Assembly (NCBI GenBank): GCA_009103225.1
Contig: RHPI01002533.1
Coordinates: 338,841 to 402,840 of the forward strand
From: Chlorokybus atmophyticus
Taxonomy: Eukaryota; Plantae; Mesostigma and Chlorokybus algae
Direction of reading: 5' to 3'
Length of the DNA: 64,000 nt
Shown here piece after piece: positions 1 to 13,368 of this stretch. Under the pieces are notes generated by a model, which saw only the letters and a program-made list of their open reading frames with translations, was not told the DNA's origin and did no database searches. The translations under genes and the position numbers were made by a program. How positions within the stretch are numbered: the first letter of the stretch is position 1; every line of letters begins with the position of its first letter.

Positions 1-2045
1 GATTGGAAAAAGCAATTCACTGTGATCCGTGATGCGTCTAAGTTGGGGTGTGGTGCGGTGCTCATGCAAGATGATCGTGTGTGCTTATGAGTCTCACAAA
101 TTCATTCCGGCTGAGATCAACTATACCACTACTGAGCAAGAACTATTGGGGGTGGTGCATGCACTGAAAATGTGGCGTTGCTATCTAAAAAGCGTACACT
201 TCAAAGTGAAAAAAGATTACAACCCTCTCGTAACCTTTCAGATTCAACCAATGCCGACTCGTCGCTAGGCACACTGGAATGAGTTCTTGTCTCGTTGAGA
301 TTTCGAATGGTGCTATCGTCCTGGTCGTATGAATGTGGCAGACCCATTAAGCCGCATACCGGTGATGATTAACAACATTCGGGCATACATCAATGCCGTA
401 GTTGCTGTGACATCGGACATATCATTCTTGTCATGTGTTAAGACTGGGTACAAGTGTGACCCTTGGTTAACACCCATGAACACGTGAAGGGCCTTGGATT
501 GCGGAATGGAATATGGTACAAAGGCAATGCGCTTCTCATACTTAACCATGATGGCTTGCGCACTGACTGTGTCGCTATTGTGCATGACCCCCCGCATGGC
601 GGTCATTTGGGGCGGTCCAAGATTACCGCTGCAACCCAACGACACTTTTACTGGCCCGGGCTGACAGTGGATGGCGATCGGTATGTTGCAACATGCGATG
701 CATGTCAGCGCAACAAGCCGAGACGGCAAAGAATGTCCGGTCTTTGCAGCCATTGCCTATCCCATCACTAAGTTGGAAGAGTGTTAGTACCTTATCAATG
801 AGCTACATGAGACAACCTTAGGCCATACAACGATTATGGTGTTTGTGGACTGTCTAACTAAGATAGTTCACTTAGCTCTTTGTCGGACGAACATGGGTGC
901 TCGGGAAATAGTAATGATGTTCCTCTCCTCCGCTTTCCGTTTGCATGGTGTGCCATGCAACATGGTATCAGATAGAGATCCGAGATTTATGTCTCAGTTC
1001 TAGAGATTATTGTGTGCCTTTTTGCACATTCACCCACACATCAGTACGGCGTTTCAACTCAGATGAATGGGCCAACTGAACGTGCCAACCAGATTGTGGA
1101 AGAGACTTTGACAACATTATGTTGCATCTACATCAGTACGGCTTTTCAACTCAGATGGATGGGCAAACTGAACGTGCCAACCAGATTGTGGAAGAGACTT
1201 TGACAACATTATGTTGCATCTAATCAAACCGGTTGGGATGTCTTCTTGACCATGGCACAATTTGCCATTAATAGTGCTTGACAAGCGAGCATCAACGACA
1301 CACCCTTCTTTGCAAACCATGGCAAACACCAATCGAGGGTGGCTGATCTGAAGTGGCCATTAAGTGAAAAGGTGCTAGCTGCACGCGATCGATCTTGCAA
1401 TGGAGTTGCAATCACGCACGCAACGAGCACGTGAGTGCATGCGTGCGGCGCAAGATCAATACAAAGCGTACGCTGATAAGCATTGGTGTAATGTTGAGTT
1501 TGACACTAGTGCCATGATGTTGCTAAGTACTTTTAAAGCAAAGGGTACCCGCAAACCTATGCCACGCTTTGTGGGACCGTTTGCAGTACGCAAACGAGTT
1601 GGCAAATTCGCATACCGGTTAGAGTTGCCAGCATCGCTGGGAAAGATACATGATATATTTCCCGTGAGCCTCTTTGCAGCCTATCGTGCTAATGGACGGA
1701 CTCAACCCCCACCTCTAGCTGGTATCTTGGATGATAGCGAGGGCCTGGAATATGAGGAATATACTTGATCATAGAAGAGATAAGCACGGGCGCACATCTT
1801 ATTTGGTTAAGTGAAAAGGGTACGGTGTTGAGCACAACACATGTGACCCCCACCGAAACTTTGCAAACTGTTAGCAGGTTCTTTGAGATTACAACTCCCG
1901 CTAGCGTGTGTGCCCACCTCATTATTAATAGGGCGTGTGGCAGCATGTCTTCAGTGTGCAACCCTCGTCCCTCTCTGGAATTGGATCCGGCTGTTGGCAT
2001 GATCAACCAACGGCGTTGGGAGCCGCCTTTTTTGAGGGGGGGCAA
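1..2045 (+). mobile_element. Degraded Ty3/gypsy chromovirus internal region (RNase H, integrase, chromodomain remnant, PPT); 5' part lies outside the window
   Basis: DASKLGCGAVLMQ and EQELLGVVHALKMWRCYL (RT-RNase H); HDPPHGGHLG..FYWP..CDACQRNK (integrase Zn finger); TERANQIVEETL and PFFANHG (integrase core); RFVGPF..AYRLELP..IHDIFPVS; SYLVK*KGYGVEHNT (chromodomain). RNH->INT order is gypsy-type. Many stops and frameshifts. PPT GAGGGGGGG at ~2034-2042. Confidence 0.92.
1039..1222 (+). repeat. 92-bp tandem duplication inside the integrase remnant
   Basis: Units 1039-1130 and 1131-1222 both read CATCAGTACGGC..TTCAACTCAGATG..TTATGTTGCATCTA with a few mismatches. Confidence 0.9.
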
Positions 2046-2384
2046 TGTCAAGGGCTTTTTGCTTAATTTAAGTTTTCACTAAAACATCATTTTATATCAC
2101 CTTAATTGGTCAACTATATGGCAAGCTCCATTGGTTCCTCGGTCTATGCTTATTAAGACCCTTATTTGAGTTACAATTCAAGTTATGAGTTCCAATAGAT
2201 GATATCCGCGACTCTTACCTTAATGGGTTGATATCAACAAGACTGGTCCAAGCTATGGCTGATAGTGAGTGGTTGGGACGGAATTCTTTGCCAGACAACA
2301 GTCACGGCGGCGGCGTGAGTAGGGTCGTTGGCGTGGGTGTTGGGGTAAAGGATTGAAAGGGGAGTTTGGCATTTCCCCTTTACA
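2046..2384 (+). mobile_element. 3' LTR of the chromovirus remnant (339 bp)
   Basis: Starts TGTCA just after the PPT and ends TTTACA. Its 3' end (GGCGGCGG..GGGTGTTGGGGTAAAGGATTGAAAGGG) resembles the LTR ends at 46863 and 56018. Confidence 0.7.
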
Positions 2385-2759
2385 ACATACGCCTGCTAGC
2401 GGTCTAAGGGAGTCTGCCCAATGCGGTCTATGACAATGGCCTATCCGACTGGTATTGTGAGATGCTAATGTTGCCTTTAATGCTGGTCAAGAGATAACGC
2501 TGCGGGTAGTGTTGCGGGCATGGACGGGTAACCAGCCAGCGCAATATGAAGTAGGCTAGTTTAAGAATGGAGGCCTCGTTCTCTGCCGGCGTTGTCTCTT
2601 CAAAGCCACTCAGCACCAAGTGCCTCGACGTGCTGAGCAGGGTGAAGATACTACGAGGACAAGTACTGACCGTTTTTATCGCGACAATCGCTACTACTGC
2701 ATCCATGTGCAGTATACTTGACCCGTCCTGAACTCGTTAACATCCCTCGCCTTTGAGCA

Positions 2760-4618
<1,859 letters not shown>

Positions 4619-4812
4619 TTTTGTCGCTGGCATGCACGAAAGCACGCACCAGCCAAGCACAAGGCAATGTACAGCGCATTATGACCCACACCACGCGCAT
4701 ATTAGGGAACTACTTGACACAATGATCAACACCTACAAGTTGTAGGCAACAGACCTAGAATGTTAGCTGTTTCAATGAACAAACATTACTACGACCTCAC
4801 CCTGCAGAAGCA

Positions 4813-7059
4813 TCACTTTGAGTACTTCACCATCGACTCAATAAGCAAATACAGCCCTGCACCCGCAGCGCCGCCAAAGAATGGTGCTACAACAGGAACC
4901 CACGCATAATGCCATTCACTGGAGCCCTTTCCTGATATGGGTAGGAGAAAGTGTGCCAGTCTCGGGCCGAAATCTCGGGCAGGGTTTATTGCAACCGCCG
5001 TCGGACCACCCAGGTTGAGCACCACGGCAATGATGAACAACCCAATGAAATATGGCTCGAAAGCAGAGCTGTAAATGACTGCACTGTCGCCTGCTAGCAG
5101 TCTCCCTGTTTGCAAATATTGTAAGCATGTCAACACCAGGCATGCCATGCGCCGCAGTTGCCAGAGGGTGCATGAATGCGCTTCTAACAACGCAATAATG
5201 GAAGTTTTGACAAGCACAAAGCATCCTTACCCCGCGGACCCATCATGAGAGCACCAAAGCACAGCACAACAGTGCCCATAAACTCGGTCAAAAAGTTGAA
5301 GGGCGGTGCGTATATGCCAGGTCGTGTTGCAAAAACGGATAGCTTCACAGCCTGTGTGAACCACACAGCAGCTTATAATTGTCATGATGCCGACACACTG
5401 CTGCAGTTATACCAGTGACGTACGCATGCATGAATGAAGGCTCACCATCTTCACACACCCGTCCTTACCTGGTTTGCGCGTACAGCAGCTTGCAAAGCGG
5501 CTTCATTGACATGCTGGGCATCGTCACGAGCGTCAGCACTGTGATTCGCACCACATTGCTCATGAGTTGCGGGTGCATGACCGCTGATGGTAGAGCGAGA
5601 AGGTAAATGAGTAAGCACTACGGCATGGTGTTGTGCGCTGTGCTCCTCAGGGTTGGGTGTGTGACCGTTGGCAAGAGTGTGAGGGGACAACGGAGTAATG
5701 GTGGCAGGTTGAGAACCCACTATGTCAATGGTCTGCATATGGTACTCGTTGTAAGTGTCATATAACAGATGCATCTTTTAGCAACAAAGCTTCATGTTTG
5801 TGTCTTTACAAGCACAGTGAGCTGCCAGACCGGAATGAATGAGAAAAGCCAAACACTCTCACCGTTTGACTGTGCGTCCTCAGCACTCCTTTTTCAGCAA
5901 TGTAAGGCGTATTTTCATCCGCTCTTAACCCGCGTGTAGCCGCCTGTTGCAGCGACCTATGAAGCGCCGCAACCTGTGGCATACACAACTCATGAGATGC
6001 ATCAGCACAGACTCTCAATATGTAGACCAAAATCTTGAAGCCATAAAGAATACCGTGCTCGTCAATGGTGCCATGCATAAGCACAAGAAGCCAAGTGGTC
6101 AGTGTGCTTGCCTGAATGGTGTTTCTGCGACGCAAGCGAGGACTGCGCGGTCCACGAGGTCCATCGCTGCGCGATATGTAGTACCTGATGGATACACGAT
6201 GCTCTTACACCTGATACTTATTGCAAAACTACAAAGCTCAAGTGTCACCATGATCTCAGCGCCTTCTTAACCAACGCTATGTGTCTTACAGTGCGTCCTG
6301 TGTGGCCTCTTTCAGGTTGTGCGGAACTGGCACCAGCGTGTTCTGGTAGCTCGCCACTTGCAGAGCGTTGGCATCTGTGTGGTAAGCAAGGTTGTAAGTA
6401 GTCAACATATGTGATGAGAGATGGACACGTTGGTCATATCTCGAGTGCATGCCACACACAACAGTCCAACCTGGCTGGACTGGTGGCGATAGCAGTCTGT
6501 CGTCTGGTTTCGCAGACGAGTGGCTTGCTTGCGTCAAGTGACGCGCCGGCGTGGTTTTGAAGTGCGGAAGATAGTGCAGCCACACTAACGTCGCTCCAAG
6601 GAACGCCCCTGCCACCTCCGCAGTGCTGAGCGCAACAAAGTCGTCCCAACCTGCTTGCACACATGTTCAGAGCAACATGCACAGACAAAAATAACATTAT
6701 TGTCCTGACTTGTGCGCCTTTACCTATCTCGCCTACGATTGCAAGGCACAGGCAGTAGGCTGGGTTCATGTGAGCTGAGATGAAGCCAAGCCATCTGCCA
6801 TCACGATTAACCAGAGTTACAGCAGTTTTGCACTTCAGCATAGATCGGCAGGCAAGCGGTGATTAGTCACTCACATTATGGGAAACATGAAGGCCAGGCC
6901 AGCTCCAATTGCAATGAAGCCAAAGCCCATTCCGTGGCCTTTGGTGGCTGGCAGATTCACGTTGGCCTTCACGCACTCGAACAAGTAGATGGCCAGACAG
7001 GTGGTGATGAACTCGCTCAGGCATCGAGTGCCCAGCGAGTAATGCCCCTCGTAGCCCAT
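4813..7059 (-). CDS. GlpF-like aquaglyceroporin (MIP family, GIP type), multi-exon, with a long loop-C insertion
   Basis: SEFITT..KANVNLPATKGHG (H1/loop A); SAHMNPA (NPA1); AEVAGAFLGATLVWLHYLPHF (H3); FATRP..TEFMGT (H4); NLGGPTAVAINPARDFGPRLAHFLLPISGKGSSEWHYAWVPVVAP (NPA2/H6). Splice phases through loop C are consistent. Start codon ATG 7059 is a best guess. Confidence 0.92.
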
Positions 7060-7602
7060 TCCTGCTGGGAAGCGAAGCAGCAAGCAAATATGACCTGACA
7101 TAACCACGAAGTACACTGAGCAAATGAACGCATGGGTGCTTACTGGGCATGGTCCCTGTTGACCAGCTATGACGCAAGCAAGACAACCTGCTGTGAGCTC
7201 GAAGCAACAACACAACCACTTCGACAACGAGCACACACACTACACAACAACCAACCTTGTTGACAGCAGCGCCTGAGAGATATTGCGTGTACTCGAATTT
7301 TAATTTGTCAGTCTAGCTGTGTGAAAAGAGGCCTCGTGCTGCTGAATTATACCAGGTCACTCACTCATCCTGTCGACGCACAACTCCAGCGACACAGCCA
7401 GTAAAGGAGAGTGGAAGTCCCTCGCAGGCCGTACAAGCAAAACAGCACCAGGTCAGTCCACCCAGTGCTTGCTTGCCTACTGTACAGTGAGTCTAGCATA
7501 CTTCCTCTCTCGGCCTCTCGCCTCCGCCACACCGTCATCATGGCGCCCCTGCCACCATCTGTCTTTCCAACCCGCTGCGCAACAACAAAACTGCATTGCA
7601 GC

Positions 7603-10600
7603 ATGTCGTCATCCGTGTCGTCAGTGTCGTCAGTGGCGTCATCGCTGGGCGGGAGCAGTGGCGTCCGTGGCGCAGCTGTCGCTGTCCGTCCGTCGTCGCT
7701 GTTGCTGGAGGCATGGCTGAAGTCAGCCTCGCGCTGGACTGCAAGGTGATTGGGCGAGAGTGCAGAGCTGGGGAGTTGGTTTGACGGACAGCTCAAGGGT
7801 AGTTGGAGCAGCGAGTGTTCTGTTCGTCTGTGCTCAAAGTCAGTCAGCTGGCTTGTGCGCATGATAATATGCATGCCGGGTAAGGCTAGGCGGACAGAAA
7901 TGCGCAGGTTGAGGCGTTTCAGGCTGCAGCAGCTTGTCGCCAGCTGTTACAATGTGGCGTGCGTATGTGCATGCATTTGACATGCAAGGAGTGTGACTTG
8001 CATACAGCAAGCAACTCACACACACCATCAACATGTTTACCACCGGCTCCTCTCCTCTACTTCACTACTAGTACCAACACTAACACCACCACCCCGTTAG
8101 ACATGCATGACATGCACGTACTGGTCATTACCTGATCCACGCGGGTTTGTTGAATAGGTACATGCATTGCGACCCACTCTCCGTGCTCACGTGAATACTT
8201 GCGTCCCGTGCACGTTGCGCTGAGGGAAGTCAGAGCCAGTGTTTGTGTACCCATTAGTCCCGGATGATATGTCATGGCACTGTGTAGTAGGTGCATGTGG
8301 CTCGCAGTCCTTGACATAAAGTCAACCCAGTCAACGTGCCACGCTGCGACCATGCTGCCTGCATTGCCTCGCAGCTTTCCTCTCGTAGCCGGGTGGCTGT
8401 GTACAAAAGCTTGCAAGGCCTGTTATAGTTGGACTCTGGTTGGCTTGAGTGCCAAACTGCCAGTGATTTTGTATCGCTCAAACAGCAGTGGCTCGTGCGT
8501 AACATGCAGTTCCAGTCTGGGCACAGACACGACGTTCTCTTACAGCATCACAGCAGTGGCATATCCTTACACAGTGAACAGCACATTGCTCGTTGCTAGC
8601 AACCTTGCATGGTACAGCTGGTTGGCAGAAACACACAAAGCTTTATGCATGCAGACCAATCTCGGGGAGTCTCCTACATGGGACGGCAATGCGGGCGTGC
8701 TGTACTTTATAGACATCAATGGCAAGCGCATGCACGCATGGCGACCTGCGGACGGGAAGCACACAAGCGCTCAGCAAGAGAAGATGGTCGGCACCGTCGT
8801 GCCCGCGGCAAAGGGAGGTGTTGTTGCAGCGTTTGAGGTGAGCCCAACCTTGCACGGGGCATTCGAGCAGTGCCACACTTTGCAAGTACCTTGTTGCATG
8901 TTGCATCTCGTTTGTGGCATGAGTTCAGGCTGCACGTCGTATGGCTTGCTCGCAGATGTGGTCAACCCTTCTGGTCAGTACGGTTCAAACACCCTTTTCG
9001 TGTTCTTGCTACGATAGGATACAGTTGAGGCGCTCGATTTCAGCATTGACTCGCCAAGCGGCAACAGCAGCAACACGGTCATTGCATCACTGCCGACCAG
9101 GCCGGTCGCTGATGGCAGGTTTCGGTTCAACGACGGCAAGTGCGATCCTGAGGTGTGTTAGTTTACGATTTCTTGCAAGAGAAGCAACAGCTTCCATTGC
9201 AACTGCCACTGTTCCTTGCAGCTTGTTACTTGAGCTACTGCAACTACTGTTTCGTACTGGTCGAGGCTGATTACCAATGGAAGCAATCACTATGTTTCAC
9301 TTGTGCAGTTGATGCTGCTACCGCTTGCTACAGTAGTATTTGTTGTCACTAACACATATGCAGGGGCGGTTATGGGCAGGAGTGATGAACTTGTCTTGGA
9401 GGTCTCCAACTGAGGCAAAGGGCAAGTTCTACCGCTTGGACCCTGCAGAAAAGGACGCCAACGGAAGCTACCAGTTGAACGAGGTGCTGAGCGAAGTCAA
9501 CCTTTCCAACGGGATGACATGGACTGCGGATGGAAGACAAATGTACTACATCGACTCTGCAACACAGGTTGGAACGTTATTGAACTAGGGTGTGCATGCA
9601 AGGTCTGCAAGGAATGTGGTTCGGCCTGAACCACAACACGCTTGCACGCATGCGAGCATGTAGCTTTCAACACTTACATCTGCATGAGCTGTAAAGGTTG
9701 ATATGGCCTGCAGGCGGTTGACGTGTTTGACTTTGATGCGGAGGCTGGGAAGTTGAGCAACCGCAAGACGGTTGTGCGTATCCCAGAATCTGATGGTACG
9801 CTTTGTTTGCTCACAGCTGTTCACACGAAGAAGCTCTGCTTGCAGACCATTGAGAATGCAAGCGCTGAAGCTGCACTCTCAACCGTCTGTGTTAATCGCG
9901 TCTGGCATGTGCAGAGAAACAAGAGTAGAGTTTTATTACTCTACGCAACAAGCGTACAGTAACTGTACGCTTGTTACGTAGAGTAACAAAACTCTACGCA
10001 ACAAGCGTAGAGTTTTGTTACTGCTGCTGGTATGGCTGTGCTTCCCCCCCAGCATGCCTTGGTGCAGGCCTACCGGATGGCATGACCATTGATGCCAGTG
10101 GCAACCTGTGGGTGGCGTTGGGCGAGTCGGGTGCCGTCTTCCAGTACGATCCGTCCACTGGTCAGCAGGTACTGTCAACAAGCATAGCGTGCTACACGCA
10201 CCCATGTACAGATGTACATGGAGTGGTTATCACTGTCAACATGGACCAGCTGCTTGGTGGGCTGCATCGAGTTGCGGTTATTACGTTCAATCACAGCAAG
10301 TTTTGTATGTACCGGCTTGTTTTGCATTCAATTAACCAAGCTGAGATGATTGCTCAAGACACGACAGCTGCTGCCCAATGTTGCTCGACTCTTACTGTTG
10401 CTGCGACTGCATGCAACATTCATCGGTCTCGCGCTTGAGATTATTGATGCGGGTTTGTGCAGGTCATGCGCGTGCCCATACCGGTAAAACGGTTAACCGC
10501 ATGTACCTTTGGAGGCGAGAATCTGGGCGAGTTGTACGTGACCACACGTGAAGAAAAGCGGGACGGTATATTGTTGTGTTCTGATGCCTATGTGCAGGTT

Positions 10601-10726
10601 CATAATAGATCTCGCAATGTACTCAGCGGGCATGCATGCACAGATGGCAAGCCATTTGGTGCACTCTGGAGTGTGCGCGTGCCGGGAGTTCGAGGGCTGC
10701 ATGCAGCTTACAGCTTTGCTGGCTGA
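7603..10726 (+). CDS. SMP-30/gluconolactonase/regucalcin-family beta-propeller, multi-exon, possible N-terminal transit peptide
   Basis: LGESPTWD..LYFIDI; FRFNDGKCDP|GRLWAGVM; SNGMTWTADGRQMYYIDS; GLPDGMTIDASGNLWVA; TACTFGGENLGELYVTT. Core exons 8655-10726 are secure. The Ser/Ala-rich first exon at 7603-7745 is tentative. Confidence 0.88.
9926..10022. repeat. Overlapping intronic inverted repeats
   Basis: 35-bp arms 9926-9960 / 9962-9996 with 2 mismatches and a 1-nt loop. Alternative perfect 18-bp stem 9982-9999 / 10005-10022 with a 5-nt loop. Confidence 0.9.
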
Positions 10727-11143
10727 AAGCTGCCTGCGTGTCTTGGGTGCTTGGCTGGCTCCCAGCCAACACACTGATACATGCATTTGGTAGCAGCAGC
10801 TGCTTTAGGACGGCAGGGGATACATGTCATGGCATAGTCGTCATGTTGGACCAAATTGTGTCAGATTGTAGGCTGGGTATGACGTCGGATTGTTCGTAGC
10901 TGTATAGCGAGTGTTGCACAGGGTTAGGTGTTGGTAAACAGCAGCTAGTTGCCATTGTGCCATGCGGTGTCCGCAATAGCAAGTAAAGTGGTTGAGATGT
11001 AAGACTGGTTGGCGGGTATGGCAGGCTGAGCCGTGTGGTTTGTCCTGCATGTGATGGCATGCATTTGCAGACTGGCCACGTACAGATTGCTGGTACATGC
11101 GCATCCAACATCAACTCGCCTGCACACCGACACCACAACAATG

Positions 11144-13368
11144 CTATGGTCTGTGTTTGGCCAGTGATGTGTACAGTCCATGCAGCATCTGCGAGGTGAC
11201 GTTCACGCGTGCCAGCACCGCCTCGTGATCCCTGCGGTCCAGCCTTGACCCAAACTTCTGCATAAACTTGTCTGCAACCATCATGAGTCAAAACTCGCAC
11301 TTAGCCAATAGCAGATGAAAGAACAACACGATTGCTGCCAGCTCTCACCAGGGTGCCATCTCAGTATCTCTCTGCGCACGGCAGCGCGCTTCTCGTCCTC
11401 TTTCACGCCACGCAGCACCACACGCTCCAGCTCATCCGGGGCCGCCGGCGGGAATGGCACTTCCGCCACGCGCACGCCGTAGTTGCAGGAGGACGCGAAG
11501 GTCTCCCATGACGCTGCGTATGCCGTTGCCGCCGCTGTGAAGGCCGTAATCACTGCAGCGAAGCTTCAAACCAACTTATGTGGTAACGTTTCAACCATGT
11601 CACGAGCGCATACCTGTTGAAGCTTTGGCGGCAAGGCGAGCACGTCTAGCTTCATCCTTGGCTTGCTCTTCCAACAGTATCTGCAAATCAACATGGCAGC
11701 TGAATGCATACGGCCTTAGCAGGTAGACTTATCGTATCAACCTTAGCTGAATGGACATTTACAACACTACATACCTTTTGCGCTGCAGCGTTATCTGTTT
11801 TCGGCCGCTTCTTCTCTGCACTGAATGGCCGAGCGCGCTTGGCCTCCTGCTGTTTCCGCAACATGCCGTTCCAAATCTCCTGCAATGAATCAACCACACA
11901 GCATTCACAAACACACCATCAACATGGTACCAATGTACCCAACATCAACACACATTCCCACCCACCTGACGCCACTCATCTTCACTGAACGGTGCCGGCA
12001 CGCGCTCTTGCTGCTGCTCCTCGCTCTCCCCGTAACCCGCAAAGTACCCGCCATCCGCGTCTTCAAAACCAACCTCACGTGCGATGCGCTCTTCCCACGT
12101 TGGTCCGCGCCCCAGCTTCGCTGCTGTAGCAGCCCTGGCCTGGAGACAGCATAGCAACATTGCAACGCTACACACACATGTTGAGTTTGTGTATGAATTT
12201 GAGAGGAGCAGGGGGACCACATACTTGTTGTATGCAGACGTACTTGTTGGAGTGCCTGAGCCACTAAGTGCGCGGGTGTCACGCCGTCGATGTTCTCGGC
12301 ATTAATATCGCCGCCGGCATCGCGCAACAGCTGCAGTAACTCCACGGACTGAACATGGACACTCGCGTAAGCATACTCAATTCCACTGGGTGAGAGATGC
12401 AACACATGTCAATGCGTGTGGCTTGCCTTTAGCCTGGCGGCGGCATGCAGCGGGGTGCCAAGCTTGTCGTCGATGGCGTCCGGGTCGGCCCCGTGTGCGA
12501 GGAGCTCAGCCACCACATCGGCCGCGCGCGCCTCCACTGCGTGCCGAAGAGGCGTGAAGTAGTGCGTGTCCACGCAGTCGATGTCGACTGCGCACACATG
12601 CACACACAGAGATGAGCAGAACAGCGGAGAATACTACACGAGTGCATGCACTGGTTGAGCGCAGATGTGGTCGTTGTTTGTGCATATTGCTTTGACATGA
12701 TCAAGAACACCTGTGTGCTGTGTCGCATGGACTTTGGTAGACAACGCACTTAGGCTCTGAATGATTGTAGACGAACCAGTTTAGCTTGAAACCTAAGAAG
12801 AGCTGTCTTGCTAGTGAATTGTGCCCTACATGGAAGCATGAACCCTCTTGTCCTTGTGCTTTCTGCTGTGCATGTCAAGGAGAAATGGAGTTGTGGAGTC
12901 AACACACGCATGCTTACTGTTCTCCTCCTCCCTTTTTCTCTTCTGCCTCTTCCTCTTCCGCCTGCGCGCCTCCTCGCGCTCGCTGTCGTCCTCGCTGCCA
13001 TCATTGCTGACGCGGTCGTCTCCGCTGCTACCGCTGCTGCCGCTCCTGCCGCCGCCTTTCCTCAACAGCCGCCGCACCTTCTTCAAGCTGCCCAAGGCTG
13101 CAGCCTGAACTACAAGACCAGGCCAGGCCAGGGGAGGCCAAGCCAAGCCAGGTAAGACTCGAGCACAAGCACGGACCAAACCACAACGGACCAGACTAGA
13201 CCAGGCTAGATCAAGAAGAATCTGTACAATTATGTCAACGTTTTTCTCCATGCACACCTCGTGCGTGCGTGCGTGCGTGCGTGCGAGCGTGTGTGTGTGT
13301 GTGTGTGTGTGGCTCGCCTGAAGAAGCTTACGCTCGTATCGCCGCCGCCGCCGGGCGCTGATAGCCAT
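11144..13368 (-). CDS. NFKBIL1: NF-kappa-B inhibitor-like protein 1 (IkBL)-like ankyrin-repeat protein
   Basis: Basic N-terminus (RRRRR, RRRKRKRQKRK); ankyrin repeats (FTPLRHAV..ELLAHGADPDAIDDKLGTPLHAA; GGDINAENIDGVTPAHL); acidic segment; C-terminal RREILRWHP|DKFMQKFG motif characteristic of NFKBIL1 family. Stop at 11144-11146. Confidence 0.75.

Noticed and set aside
260-1830. Many CAG/CAA->TAG/TAA and TGG->TGA/TAG stops in the gypsy remnants, suggesting a RIP-like or non-CG deamination process
   Set aside because: Stops can arise by a single transition only from these codons, so the pattern is ascertainment-biased. A context-resolved mutation spectrum against a family consensus is needed.
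7365-7874. 169-aa minus-strand ORF as the aquaporin N-terminus
   Set aside because: It ends in a stop before the nearby donor site and overlaps the candidate SMP-30 first exon. More likely 5' UTR or an antisense shadow.
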